This document shows positions 9,612 through 20,007 of a stretch of 64,000 nt of DNA, one piece after another (positions within the stretch are counted from its first letter, which is position 1; each line of letters opens with the position of its first letter). The DNA lies in the NCBI GenBank assembly GCA_963695115.1, contig CAVOFX010000001.1, positions 28,442 through 92,441 of the forward strand, read 5' to 3'. The DNA is from an uncultured Microthrixaceae bacterium. Lineage in GTDB: Bacteria; Actinomycetota; Acidimicrobiia; Acidimicrobiales; CAVOFX01. Under the pieces are notes generated by a model that searched no databases, was not told the origin of the DNA, and saw only the letters and a list, made by a program, of their open reading frames with translations. The translations under genes and the position numbers were made by a program.

Positions 9612-10911
9612 ATGCAACCTAGCGATGGAGCGACCGCGCTGTTGGGACTGCACGGCTTCGTGGCAGGCGCACAGCTCGAACACGAGGGGGAGGTGTGGAT
9701 CGTGGTCGAGACGACCGCTGACGTCGCAGGATGTCCGGGCTGTGGCACGCGGGCCGTCGGCAACGGTCGGCGCACCGTGCGCGTGCGGGACCTGCCAGCA
9801 GGCGATCGGCCCGTGGTGCTGGTATGGCGCAAGCGCACCTGGCGCTGTCCGGCCCCGGAGTGCGAGGTGGGCTCGTTCTCCGAGGAGGTCGACGAGATCG
9901 CTCCGCGCGCCGCGCTCACCGAGCGCGCCCGCTCCGAGATCTGCCGGCGCGTGGGAGCCGACGGCCACTCGGTCGCACAGGTCGCTGCGGCGTTCGGGGT
10001 GGGCTGGCACACCGCATGGGCTGCCGTTGTCGACCACGGCCGAGCGAGGGTGGATCACCTCTCTCGCCTCGGTGCACCGAGCGCGCTGGGCCTCGATGAG
10101 ACCTCCTTCCTCGCGCGCGACTGCCACCCACCCGACCCTTCTGGTGACGGGCTTCGTCGACTTGGACCGAGCCCGCCTCGTCGACGTTGTTCCTGGTCAC
10201 AGCGGTTCCGCGGTGGTCGAGTGGCTCGAGGCCAAGCCCGGGCCGTGGAGGGCGGGAATCGCCCTCGCGGCACTCGACCCGTTCCGGGGCTATGCGACGG
10301 GCATCCGCACCGGGCTGCCCCAGGCGCGCCAGGTGGTGGATCACTTCCACGTGATCCGCCTCGCCAACGCCGCGCTCGACGACGTGCGTCGGCGAGTGCA
10401 ACAAGACACGCTGGGCCATCGTGGCCGCAAGGGTGACCCGCTGTATCGGATCCGACGCCTGCTGCTCGTCGCCCACGAGCGGCTCGGCGACCGTGGCTGG
10501 GATCGCATCGAGCAAGGGCTGCGCCTCGGTGACCCTGACGGGGAGGTCGGCGCTGCGTACCTCGCCAAGGAGCTTCTGCGCGAGGTGTATGCGACGCGAT
10601 CGCCCAAGGTGGCGCGTCGGCGCCTGCGCCGCTTCTACCGGCACTGCCACAGCGCCGAGGTCCCCGAGCTCGCCCGGCTCACCAAGACGATCCGCTCTTG
10701 GGAGGCCGAAGTGTTGGCCTACCACGACACCGGGCTCACCAACGCCGCCACCGAAGGCGAGAACCTGCTCATCAAGAAGATCAAGCGTGTCGGACACGGC
10801 TTTCGCAACTTCGAGAACTACCGGCTGCGCCTGTTGCTCCACTGTGGCGTGTCGTGGAAGCCTCGGCGAGTCGCATCAATGCGCGGCCGCCAACCAGCGT
10901 TGATCGCGTAG
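9612..10911 (+). pseudogene. ISL3-family transposase with one frameshift near 10120
   Basis: N-terminal zinc-ribbon part (CPGCGTRAVGNGRRTVRVRDLPAGDRPVVLVWRKRTWRCPAPEC) lies in the frame of ORF 8679-10436. The rest (LLVTGFVDLDRARLVDVVPG...NAATEGENLLIKKIKRVGHGFRNFENYRLRLLL) is in ORF 9625-10911. Confidence 0.85.
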
Positions 10912-10915
10912 AGCC

Positions 10916-11224
10916 GGTAAGCGCCACCCGTCGCCAGCGATGCCCGTCGGAGGTTCGGTCCGAGGAAGTTCCTGACCACCATCGACGCTGGGAGCCCAGC
11001 CCCATCCGTGATCGTCGTCCTGAGAAGAGCACCACCCATGTCGTCCACCATCGACAACGTTCCAGAGACGCCGCGGAGCGACCTCATGTTCACCGCTCCC
11101 GCGGCGACGTCGATCCCCGTGTTGACCAGGAAATCGGTCGAGAACCCCTCGCACGCGTCGTAGCGGTTGCTGGCATTGATCGCCACGACGATGCCGTTCG
11201 CAGCGAAACAGCCGAGACCGCCAG
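10916..11224 (-). pseudogene. Toxin CT-4, middle piece (between the ISL3 and IS1634-like insertions)
   Basis: Open frame GGLGCFAANGIVVAINASNRYDACEGFSTDFLVNTGIDVAAGAVNMRSLRGVSG...LATGGAY. Part of track ORF 10818-11186. Confidence 0.6.
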
Positions 11225-13212
11225 CCCGGGTTCCGCAGTTGGTGGTGACACGAGTGCCTGAAAGTGGGGGTTGACCTGGGGGAACGCGGCTTGTGCGCTT
11301 GTGCCGCGTGTGTCCACGAGCGTCGGGGTGCCTGCTGGGGGTGTTTGGGCAGCTCAGGCGGGGTGCAGGTGGGTGATCCGGGGTGGCGGATCGATCCCAC
11401 AGGCGCCGAGAAAGCCCAAGGCGGCGTCGCTCGGCGGGGTTGTCTGCACGACGGTGCCGACGGACCCTCGGAGGGTGACGGCATGGACACGGCCGAGCTC
11501 GGTGGCGATGCGCCGCCAGGTGGTGTCACAACGCCGTTCGGCGACTCGGATCAACAGCAGGGCCAGCCAGCACAACAGGACGTGGGCGCGGATGCGAGGC
11601 TCGATGCGGTGGAACACGGGCCGCAGCTCGAGGGTGGACTTGAGGTCGCGGAACCCTCGCTCGGCTTCGAGCAGGTTCTTGTAGCCCAGCGCCACGTCCT
11701 CGGCGGGCAGGTCGGGGTCCGAAGTGGACAGCAGGTACTTGCCGTCGAGGCGTTCCTCGGCGCGGATCGCTGCCCGGTCGATCCGGAGGCGACCGGTCGC
11801 GCGTCTGGCGCAGGTAGCGGCCGAGCGCCTTGTGGTCCCGCAGCGCGCACTCCGCCTTGCGGTGGGCGTCGTCGGAGATCTTCTTGCCCGTCTTCTTCGC
11901 ACGCGCCTTGTCGCGGGCCCGGGCGATGGCGATGGCGTCGAGCTCGGCTTCGAGTCGGGCGACCGCCGCGTCGCGCTGAGCCCTGTCGCGTTCGGCCTCG
12001 AGCGGGGTTGTGGCAGATGATCCACCGCTTGTCCGGCGTCGAACGCCGAGCCGCACCTCCTTGACCCGCAGGTTGTCACGCACCTGCCTGGTAGCGGCCC
12101 TGGCGGACCCAGTGCTTCGAGCGCGTCCGGCGAGCCGTCACGCATCCGCTCGCCGGCGATCCAGTGCCCACCGGCGCGTGTCAGATACGCCAGGTTCGCG
12201 TCCGAGGAGAACCCGCGGTCCACCACGGTCACGACCCGGCCGAGCCGCCAACCCCGCAGACCGTCTTTGACCTCGGGCAGCACGGTGGCGTCGCGTGTTG
12301 CCCGGCCAGCACCAGCACCGCACCGGGATCCCCTCGCGGGTGACCGCCAGACCGATGACGATCTGGGGCAGGTCGGGGCGGTGGTCCTTGGAGTGCCCGT
12401 AGCGACGGAACCCGTCGTCGCCCTCGTCGGTGTCACGTTCGAAGTAGGTCGAGGTCGTGTCGAAGAACAACAGGTCGACCTCGAGGTTCAACAGGTCGGC
12501 GACGGCGAAGAACACCGCTTCTTGCACCTCGGCGTCGGTGTCGGCCTCGACCAACAGGTCCATCGCCCGATACGCCTGGTCCTCGTCCATCGACTCGAGC
12601 CCCGGCACAGCCACGTCGTTGGTGGCCCACTCCGCGGTCGCCAGCTTCGACATCGGGTCGATCGCCCGGTTGGCGACCAACGCGAACAGCACCCGCTCCA
12701 CATCGGTGCTGAACCGGCGGCCACCGAGCACCTTGCGAAGCGCCGTGTCGACGCCGAGCTGGCGCCACAGACCATCGAGCAGCCATGCCGTCCCCGCCGG
12801 GCGGGACTCCACGACAGCCAGCGCGTCGCCGGCCTGCTCGCCGACGTCGGGGCCGACGACGGCGTCTGGCTCACCGAGGTACCGGTTGATCGAGCCGACC
12901 AGCCGGCGCAGCCCGTCGGCGTCGAGGCGGTCCTCGCGGCCCAGGTTCACCAACACCTCGGCCTGGGTCACCCCCTCCACACGGCGGTTGTGGGCGAGCT
13001 GCACGTAGCGCACCACCGACCCGTCCCGGTTCCGGCGCTGTGTGGTCCGCAGGTACATGCCCACACCATCGCGTCCACCCCACGCGATAGCAAGCACCAC
13101 ATCCCAAGTCGTGTGCCCACGTTTTCGGGCCCGTCAACGAACCCGCAACCCCCTGACCAGCACCTTCGCGTCTGCCAACCCCCTCATGTGCCCATCAACT
13201 GCGGAACTCGGG
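11225..13212 (-). mobile_element. IS1634/IS4-like insertion sequence
   Basis: Inverted ends cccgggttccgcagttgg (11225-) and caactgcggaactcggg (-13212). Flanked by a 5-bp direct repeat gccag (11220-11224 and 13213-13217). Confidence 0.8.
11354..13100 (-). pseudogene. IS1634-family transposase, several frameshifts
   Basis: 12138-13100 (MYLRTTQRRNRDGSVVRYVQLAHN...LLFFDTTSTYFE...GHSKDHRPDLPQIVIGLAV), 11526-12083 and 11354-12436 (...LGYKNLLEAERGFRDLKSTLELRPVFHRIEPRIRAHVLLCWLALLL) are pieces of one transposase in different frames. Confidence 0.8.
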
Positions 13213-13331
13213 GCCAGTGAAGGTGCAGGTTCCCGCGACGAACGCCGTCTGAACGAGAGGGTTCGACACGACGCCGGCACCGCGGCACGAGTCATCGCCG
13301 CTCGACAGGAACCCGATCGTGCAGCAGACCC
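13213..13331 (-). pseudogene. Toxin CT-4, 5' piece (no rhs core upstream)
   Basis: Open frame GVCCTIGFLSSGDDSCRGAGVVSNPLVQTAFVAGTCTFTG joins in frame to 11219 once the IS and one gccag copy are removed. Resembles the Cys-containing segment that follows DPSGLW in CT-1 and the main toxin. Confidence 0.5.
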
Positions 13332-13418
13332 CTTCTTGATGATCTCGCGGACCACCCCCACCACGATCAACACCAAGATCAACACCCCGACGATCTGACC
13401 CGCGCCGTACGCCGATAC
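13332..13418 (-). pseudogene. Membrane mini-ORF, copy 2 (start position GTA; no in-frame stop at the usual place)
   Basis: One mismatch to 25262-25347. Differs from copy 1 at the start codon (GTG in copy 1, GTA here). Confidence 0.45.
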
Positions 13419-13445
13419 CTCACAACCCCCCGTATCGGATCCGGA

Positions 13446-13937
13446 TCATGCCGAGTACTCCGGTCTCCCAGTCACCTCGGCGACATCGACCTTTGGTGGC
13501 GGCTCAAGTCGTCCAACTACATCGCGGAGCTTCCGCCAATGCGCCTCCTCAAAGAGCGCAGCGATGTCGTCACCCCAATCGGAGATCCCCGCAACCCACT
13601 GGCGCTGCGCGTATAGATCGATGCTCAGAACACGGTCGCCTAGAACCTTGAGTATCTCGAGATGGCCGTCGATTGGGCGCAGATCCCGGCGACGGTCGTC
13701 CACCGCCATCCCGAGCGACCGGAGAAAGACAAGATCCTCACTGGACTCTGAGCCGCTGCGCCCCGCCTGGGTGGTTGAGTCAATCGTGAAAGCGTCGGCA
13801 CCCTCAAGGCCAATGGCGATTTCAAGCACAGCAGACCAGAGGGGTTTCACCCCGGATCGAGCAGCCTGGATCGAAATCAGGAAGAGCACGCCGTCTACTT
13901 CCCACCCGAGCGGATCCCTCGCCACGTCCAATGCCAA
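13446..13937 (-). CDS. Putative immunity protein Imm-1, second identical copy
   Basis: Translation identical to ORF 153-644. Part of a ~1.1 kb direct duplication. Confidence 0.6.
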   Translation of the reverse strand: MALDVARDPLGWEVDGVLFLISIQAARSGVKPLWSAVLEIAIGLEGADAFTIDSTTQAGRSGSESSEDLVFLRSLGMAVDDRRRDLRPIDGHLEILKVLGDRVLSIDLYAQRQWVAGISDWGDDIAALFEEAHWRKLRDVVGRLEPPPKVDVAEVTGRPEYSA

Positions 13938-14487
13938 TGAGTTCGGAAGTCAGGATGCTCAGCCAGCCACCTCGCCACGCGTTCAGGACCGCCCTTGAAG
14001 GTGGACGGCATCGCACGATGAGCCTGGTGGCGAGCCACACGAGCGAAATTGCCGATGCCCGCGCCGCGCCCCGAATTGAGCGCCGTCCAGCCAGCATGCC
14101 CCGGGATCGCGACATCGACAATCGCCATCGACCACTGACCAGCCGTGTACCAACCCGAACACTCATCAACCCCATTCGCCGCCAGATCGATGTCGCGGCC
14201 AGTCAGTGGCTCATCAACAGCCTGGGCGATCATGAACATCGGATTGAGATCAAGCGCCCCGCCCGCGAAGTTCACGATCGGCTGCGACACGGGGGTGGCG
14301 TGACCGTTGTGGGGGTTCTCGCAATCGTCGTCGGTCCCGAAGCACCAGTCGCCAGGGAGGTCGACCGACCACAGACCCGATGGGTCGGTGGCGTTGAGGG
14401 GGTTGCCGTACGTGTAGCCGTAGGCCTCCCTCGTGATGGCTTCGATGGGATCGCGGGTGAGGAACTGGCCTGTGGTGGGGTCGTAGA
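13895..14487 (-). pseudogene. Truncated orphan: last 12 codons of the rhs core (FYDPTTGQFLTRDPI...) plus toxin CT-1, second copy
   Basis: Same CT-1 sequence as 602-1194. rhs homology ends abruptly at 14487 (gtcgtagaaac|tcaacag). Upstream residues of track ORF 13895-14656 are unrelated. Confidence 0.75.
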
Positions 14488-14840
14488 AACTCAACAGTCC
14501 AACGATCCGCCGCTGCGAACCCGGCCTCGCACCCGACACCACCTGCGGATTCCCGGGTAGGACAGCCCGACGACGGTCCAGACACGACCCGCGACGGCGC
14601 GGACGCGTGTTTCTGGCCCGACCGGTGTTCGCCGCGACGGCACACACCGCCGACATGGCGTGCAGCGCGAGGCGCGGTGTCGATGGCCAGGACGGTCACC
14701 CGAGCATTCTCGCACCCGGCGGCGGTCGGAGGTCGGCCATCGCGTCGGCAATCCGATCGGGCCCGGACACGGCCGCTGTGTGGCCCGCAGCGGGCCTCGT
14801 GGCCATCGGGATGGGTGGAAGGTGCCGGCGTTGCCGGCGC

Positions 14841-17596
14841 TCACCACAGGTCGATGCCGAGGCCGTCGTCGACGGCGGGCGGCTCCTGTAGCCGGTCGAG
14901 GCGGGCGGTGATGTTGGCGACCTGTTCGGCGAGGTCCTCGTCGACGCCGACCGGTTCGGGTAGCGTCGGCGAGGAGGTCGTCGGCCAGCGTGCTGGGCTC
15001 GCGTCGAAGGTCGATCGGGTCGGGGAGCTCGGCGAGCAGCGCGTCCCGGCCGTGGCCGACGGGTGTCCCGTCGGGTTCGGGGAGGTTGGCGAGCAGCTCG
15101 GAGGCGAGGTGCTGGGAGCGGTCGCGTGACAGCTCGCGTTCGGCGTGCTCGAACAACAGCTCCCGCCCCTCCACTCGCTGCGCTCGCTGCGGGTTGGGGG
15201 CGAGGATGTCCCACACGTCCTCGTCGGGGGTGCACATGTAGAGGCGGTTCTCGACCCGACCCCGGCTCAGCGCGGTGTAGGCGGCCTGACGGTCGAGGTC
15301 ACCGTCGCCGCCCAACGTGAAGATCCGGTCGGCGGTGGCGCCCTGGGTCTTGTAGTTGGTGCGGGCGTAGCCGTGGTCGAGGAACCCGGCCTCGAGTCGG
15401 TCGGTCGGCATGGTGCGTTCCTCGTCGACGCGTTCGCAGTGGAAGGTCACGGTCTTGCGGGTGCTCGTTGATGCGGGTGACGGTGCCGATGTCGCCGTTG
15501 AGGATGTCGAGGTCCCAGTGGTTGCGGCCGACGGCGAGGACCTGGTCGCCGACGGCGAACTCCCGGCCGGCGACGGTCAGCCTGAAGTCGGTGTGCAGCT
15601 CGTGGTTCCCGAACCGCCCCGCCGCGTCGAGCAGCGCCCGTGCCCGGTCGTTGAGGTCGGCGACATCGGCGCGGCGGGTGGCGATCATGACCTTGTCGAC
15701 ACCCGGCGCAGCGAACCAGTCGTCGACGAGTCGCTGTCGGAGCGCGTCGGCGTTGTCGGCGGTGATGATGCGGCCGTTGTTCCCGTAGGCGGCGACCGCT
15801 TCGGAGATGCGGCCGTCGCGCAGGTCGTCGAGGGCGCCGATCTCCCACTCGTGGATCTGGCGGCGGTTCTCGACCAGCGTCGTCGACGGCGCGTAGATCG
15901 ACATGGCCCGGAACGAACCACCGGCGTCGATCTCGGGGAGCTGCGCGGTGTCACCGGCCAACACGAGCTTCGCTCCCGCGTCGGTGGTGTGGCGCGACAG
16001 GCGATCGAGGGTGCGGGTGCCAACCATGCCGCTCTCGTCGATCACCACAACGCAGCCCGGGTCGAGGACCAGGCGGCCCTCGTCGAGCTGGTTGAGCAGC
16101 CGGGTGATCGTCATCGACGGGGATCCCGGACCCCGCCGACAGCTCGGCGGCCGCTCGTGCTGACAGCGCCGCGCCGAACACGCGAGTAGCCCGACGCTTC
16201 CCATCCTTCGCGGGCCGCGTCGAACGTGAAGGTCTTCCCCGTGCCCGCCGCGCCGACGGCGACGTCGATCCCGGCGCCCGATCCGGTGAGGTGGCGGACC
16301 ATCGCGGCCTGCTCGTCGGAGATCGACGGGCGGGCTGCGATCGCTGCCTCGACCTTGTCGGGTTGCGCGATGGCGGCCCCGGCGTCGCGCTGGGAACGGG
16401 CGCGTTCGACGACGCGGTTCTCGGTCAACAACAGCTCGATGGTCGTCCAGCGGGGTTCGCCGGCGACGTCGCCGACCTCGACGATCCGGTGCTCGGCGAG
16501 GAACCCATCGGCGAGGTCCTCGATGGCGGTCACGTCCGCGCCGTCGGGCATCCGCTCGGCGACCGCCCGCACGACATCCCGGCGCCCGAACGTCGACGCG
16601 TGCTCGGTGACACCTTCGGGTGAGGCGAGGTCGTCGAACAGCGCGGCGACCGACCACAGCTGCGGCTCGCGGGTCACGCCCCGGCCGAGGAGCTCGGCGA
16701 CCTCGACGGGGCCGAACCCGATCGCCTCGGCGCGCTGGGCCCAGTCGGCGCGCAGCGTGGTGGCATCGACGTCGTAGACCTTCGCCCGGCGGGTGTCCAA
16801 GGCGGCGTTCTGGGCGGCTTTCGCCGAGTGCTCGGCGCGGGCTTCCATCGCGTCGAGGATCTCGGCCCGCCTCGTCGAGAACTCGTCGATGAGTCCACGC
16901 GGGATGCCGGCGACATCCGCGTAGCCGTTGGTCACGGGCTCCCATTCGACGCCGAGGCGGCGGGTGAGCTCGGCGCGCAGCTGGGCTTGGTAGAGGAACC
17001 CGGCGGTCTTGGCGTGATGGAACATCGGCGGGGAGTGCAGCGCCCCCCAACGCCCGTCGGGCATCCGACGACATGTTGGCGATGAGCACGTGGGTGTGCA
17101 GCGTCGGGTCCCCCGCCCGCGACGTCTGGTGCCGGAACCCGGCGGCGACGAACCCGTCGCCGGGAACCTGGTGCTGGACGCCGTCGGTGCGGCGGCGCGA
17201 CAGGCAGACCTGGCGCTCGAGGTAGCCGATGGCCGCGTCGACGGCGGCCTCGTGCGCGGCGACGACCTCACCGGTCACCGTCCCGGCCTCACCCAACCCG
17301 TAGAGCAACGAGATCGCCTTAGGGGCCCGGAACGTGAAGTCCAGACCCGGCAGCTTCGCCCGCGTCAGCCGCTCGTCGCTGCCCGGCGCCCGGCCTTCGA
17401 GGACCGCGGTGAGGTCGGCCTCGTCGACCATCCCGGCGAGGTCCAACAGCTCGGCGCCCGCGCCCATCCAACGGCCGGGGGCTTCGCCCTTGCCGGTGTA
17501 GTAGTCCTCGACGCCCTTGGCGATCGACAGGTAGTAGGTCTGCTGGCCGGCGGCCATCAACCCGATGTTCAACACGACGAGATGCCTCCCCTTCAC
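14841..17596 (-). pseudogene. MobF/TrwC-type conjugative relaxase-helicase, at least four frameshifts
   Basis: N-terminal relaxase motifs (YYLSIAKGVEDYYTGKGEAPGRWMG; HQTSRAGDPTLHTHVLIAN). Walker A VGAAGTGKTF. Helicase C-terminus (TNYKTQGATADRIF...AYTALSRGR). Pieces lie in ORFs 15299-17596, 16111-17271 and 14491-15450, plus a final frame ending ...DDGLGIDLW-stop at 14841. Confidence 0.85.
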
Positions 17597-17714
17597 GTCC
17601 CCACCCCCCTGAGATGTGAATCACCCGTGGGTGGCAGGAGGGTGTGTGGGCGCGCGGGGGTGTGGGGGCGGCAGCCCCCGCTCGGGGCGGAGCCCCGACC
17701 TGTGGTTGGGCTGG

Positions 17715-17965
17715 TCAGGCTGCGGGTTCGAGGGTGACGGTGTGGCCCATGGCTTCGAGTTGGGCAACGAGGCGTCGTGCCAGGCGATGACCAGGATGGA
17801 GTGACCGACCGCGACCGCGGCTCGTTGTGCGCCTCGGCCGGCGCTGTTACGTCGCTTGTCGAAGTAGTCGCCGCCGAGGTCGTCGTAGGGCTGACCGGTG
17901 GACAACAGGTGGGAACTAAGCCGCTCGGTCACCCCGATCTCGCGAAGAAATCCGAGAACCCCGGG
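17715..17965 (-). pseudogene. IS110-family transposase C-terminal remnant (segments out of canonical order)
   Basis: HLLSTGQPYDDLGGDYFDKRR, AAVAVGHSILVIAWH and, in a shifted frame, RRLVAQLEAMGHTVTLEPAA-stop. No catalytic N-terminal part is present. Confidence 0.5.
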
Positions 17966-18035
17966 TGAGGTCACTCGCCGAGTCGCCGCCCAGGTCACTC
18001 GAACCGGCCAGTGGGAGTGACTTCGTCGCGCATCA

Positions 18036-18120
18036 CGGTCCCGGCTTCGGTCCCGCGATCAGTCCCGGCATCGGTCCCGGGCCGTGTCGCACATCCCGGA
18101 CACGGTCCCGGCCGTCCCGG
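18036..18120. repeat. Iteron-like array of (G/A)GTCCCGG motifs; the first four are phased at 12 bp
   Basis: ggtcccggcttc/ggtcccgcgatc/agtcccggcatc/ggtcccgggccg, then catcccgga, ggtcccggc, cgtcccggt. More copies at 18262-18295, and inverted cgggac copies at 18233-18250. Confidence 0.6.
18082..18099. repeat. Left arm of a perfect 18-bp inverted repeat
   Basis: ccgtgtcgcacatcccgg; the exact reverse complement is at 18476-18493. Confidence 0.85.
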
Positions 18121-18475
18121 TGGCCAGCGCGCTGGCCCAGCCCGCCTCGCCCCCAACCCGCAGGGAGCGAAGCGACCGGAGGGGCGGGAGCCCAACTGAG
18201 CGAAGCGAAGGCGGGAGCATCGTTGGCACACCCGGACGGGACGGCACGGGATGGCACGGCTCGTTCCCGGTCGCGTTCCCGGTCCGGTCCCGGCGGACGC
18301 CCTGCTCGGCCGCGAGCCAGTCTGTGACCTCTGCATTGGGGTGTCCCGGTAGGGCCGGGGTGGCGGGGAGGTCGTAGGCGTGCGCGCGAGTGGTGGCGTC
18401 GGTCGGGGGCGGTGACTGGGACGCGTGATCGTGGGTGCGCTGGCGGTCGGGATGTGGGGGCGGTGATGGCCGTGG

Positions 18476-18493
18476 CCGGGATGTGCGACACGG
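18476..18493. repeat. Right arm of the perfect 18-bp inverted repeat
   Basis: ccgggatgtgcgacacgg is the reverse complement of 18082-18099. The arms enclose about 376 bp. Confidence 0.85.
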
Positions 18494-18576
18494 TGGCCGG
18501 CGCTGGACGCGACAACGCGCGCACCCCGATGCAGGGTGCGCGCGCGGTGGGCCGGTGGGTCGTGCGGTTCTCTAGA

Positions 18577-18978
18577 TCAACCAGAAGAACCCAAAGAAGA
18601 AGAACCGTTCGCGCCGTCGTCGAGGCCCAGCTCGGCCCGGAGCCGAAGCACTTCAGGGTCCGGTTCGTGCCACCGACCGGCCAACGATTCGAACACGACC
18701 CGGCCCGGATCGGGCATCGCCGCCAGCTCGTAATCGGACAGCGCTTGGGGGTCACCGGAGTGTTCTCGGTAGGCGATCGTCACCGCCGCATACACATCCG
18801 CCGCCCAACTTCGGGCCTCGGCGAGGGGCACGACGATCACCGCCTCGACCATTGAATCGGGCTGCGTCACCCGCACCTCGACCTCCTTCTCGTTCGCCAC
18901 CCAGGCGTCCGGGAGGCCCTCGGCGCTCACGTAGACGATGGCCCGGGTCGGGTTCGAGGCGGGGTCAGGGGCGGTCAT
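18577..18978 (-). CDS. Hypothetical protein (133 aa), translationally coupled to the recombinase gene
   Basis: The ATG overlaps the recombinase stop (ATGA at 18975-18978). No recognisable motif. Confidence 0.5.
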   Translation of the reverse strand: MTAPDPASNPTRAIVYVSAEGLPDAWVANEKEVEVRVTQPDSMVEAVIVVPLAEARSWAADVYAAVTIAYREHSGDPQALSDYELAAMPDPGRVVFESLAGRWHEPDPEVLRLRAELGLDDGANGSSSLGSSG

Positions 18979-19959
18979 GAGGGGTCCTCCTCGTCGTCGA
19001 GATCGTCGATGGCGTGGTCGTCCTCGGCGTCGGCTTCGGCATCGAGGACGTCGAACAACGCCGCCCGCCGCGCCTCGTCGTCGGCCAGTTCGTCGCCGGT
19101 CAGGCCGCGGTCACGGGCTGCTTCGTTGCGGGATCCGGGGTGGGTGGCGTCGTGGATGGCGCGGAGTTGTTCAACCGAGACCCGCGTGTAGATCTGGGTG
19201 GTGGACAGCTCGGCGTGCCCCAAGATGGCTTGGATGAACCGGATGTCGGCGCCGCCTTCGAGCATGAGCGTGGCCATCGTGTGCCGGTAGAGATGGCACG
19301 ATCCGGTCTTGGCGACGCCGGCGGCGTCGAGGTAGCGACGCACCCGCGCCGTGGCCCAGGCGGGGCTGAGCGGGAACCCGTCCTGGCCCAACAACAACCA
19401 GCCGTCGTCAGGCTCGACCACGAAGTGCGGCCGCACCTCGGCCAGGTAACGCTCGGTCCACACCAGCGCCCGTTCACCGATCGGCACGACACGGTCGCGC
19501 TTGCCTTTGCCCTGGTTGATGAACAACGACCGCCGGTCGGCGTCGAGGTCGTAGAGCCGCAACGACACCAGCTCGGAGCGGCGGATCCCGCACGAGTAGA
19601 GGATCTCGAGGATGGCCCGGTCCCGCACCCCCAACGGGTCCGTCAGGTCCGGCTGGCACATGATCGCTTCGACCTCGGCCACGGTCAGCACATGCTTCGG
19701 CAACCTGTGCTCGACGCGGGGCAGCTCGAGCTCGGAGGCGGGGTTGAACAGGATCCGGTTCGTCTTCGTCGCCCACCGGAAGAACGCCCGGATCGGAGTG
19801 AGCCGGCCCTTCTGCGTCAGGAACGTGAGGGGTTTGCCGTTGGGTTGGCGGTAGTGGAACAGGTGCCGCTGATAGCGGTCCAGCATCGGCTTGGTCACCT
19901 CCGCCGTCCTCGTCACGCCCCGATTGGCCAACCACTGCTGGACGTAGCGGAGACGGCGG
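18975..19959 (-). pseudogene. Tyrosine recombinase (XerC/D-phage integrase family), C-terminal 327 codons, separated from its 5' end by IS3
   Basis: Catalytic region ...RAILEILYSCGIRRSELVSLRL...GKGKRDRVVPIG...HLYRHTMATLMLEGGADIRFIQAILGHAELSTTQIYTRV (R..HxxR..Y). The 800-aa track ORF is this frame read on through the antisense of the IS. Confidence 0.85.
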
Positions 19960-20007
19960 ATAGGGCATCCCCCCAGACCGTGGAGACCTCCACTATGAGG
20001 AGGACCC

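Larger units (their letters stand above)
7952..10915 (+). mobile_element. ISL3-family insertion sequence (carries a nested IS1380-family element)
   Basis: Terminal inverted repeats ggctcttcgcgatgaacgctgg (7952-7973) and ccagcgttgatcgcgtagagcc (10894-10915), 20/22 matching. Flanked by a perfect 8-bp direct repeat ggtaagcg (7944-7951 and 10916-10923). Confidence 0.9.

Noticed and set aside
13134-13385. 83-aa track ORF extending mini-ORF copy 2 to 13134
   Set aside because: Beyond the conserved peptide, the frame reads a non-protein-like Arg/Ser/Ala tail that crosses the IS1634 inverted repeat. A different frame of the same DNA is the credible CT-4 5' piece.
14488-14500. CAGTCC shared near both ends of the mobile-element block (14491-14496 and 25231-25236) as att repeats
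   Set aside because: Six bases are far too short to be meaningful in this composition, and no longer direct repeat was found by eye.
14250-14699. ORF beginning VTVLAIDTAP, reminiscent of the TsaB/YeaZ N-terminus
   Set aside because: Similarity is limited to about 8 residues. The rest is Arg/Gly-rich and runs into the truncated toxin in the wrong frame.
18036-18120. Short phased repeats considered as a CRISPR array
   Set aside because: The units are 12 bp with no spacers of CRISPR length, are degenerate and occur in both orientations. No cas genes are in the window.
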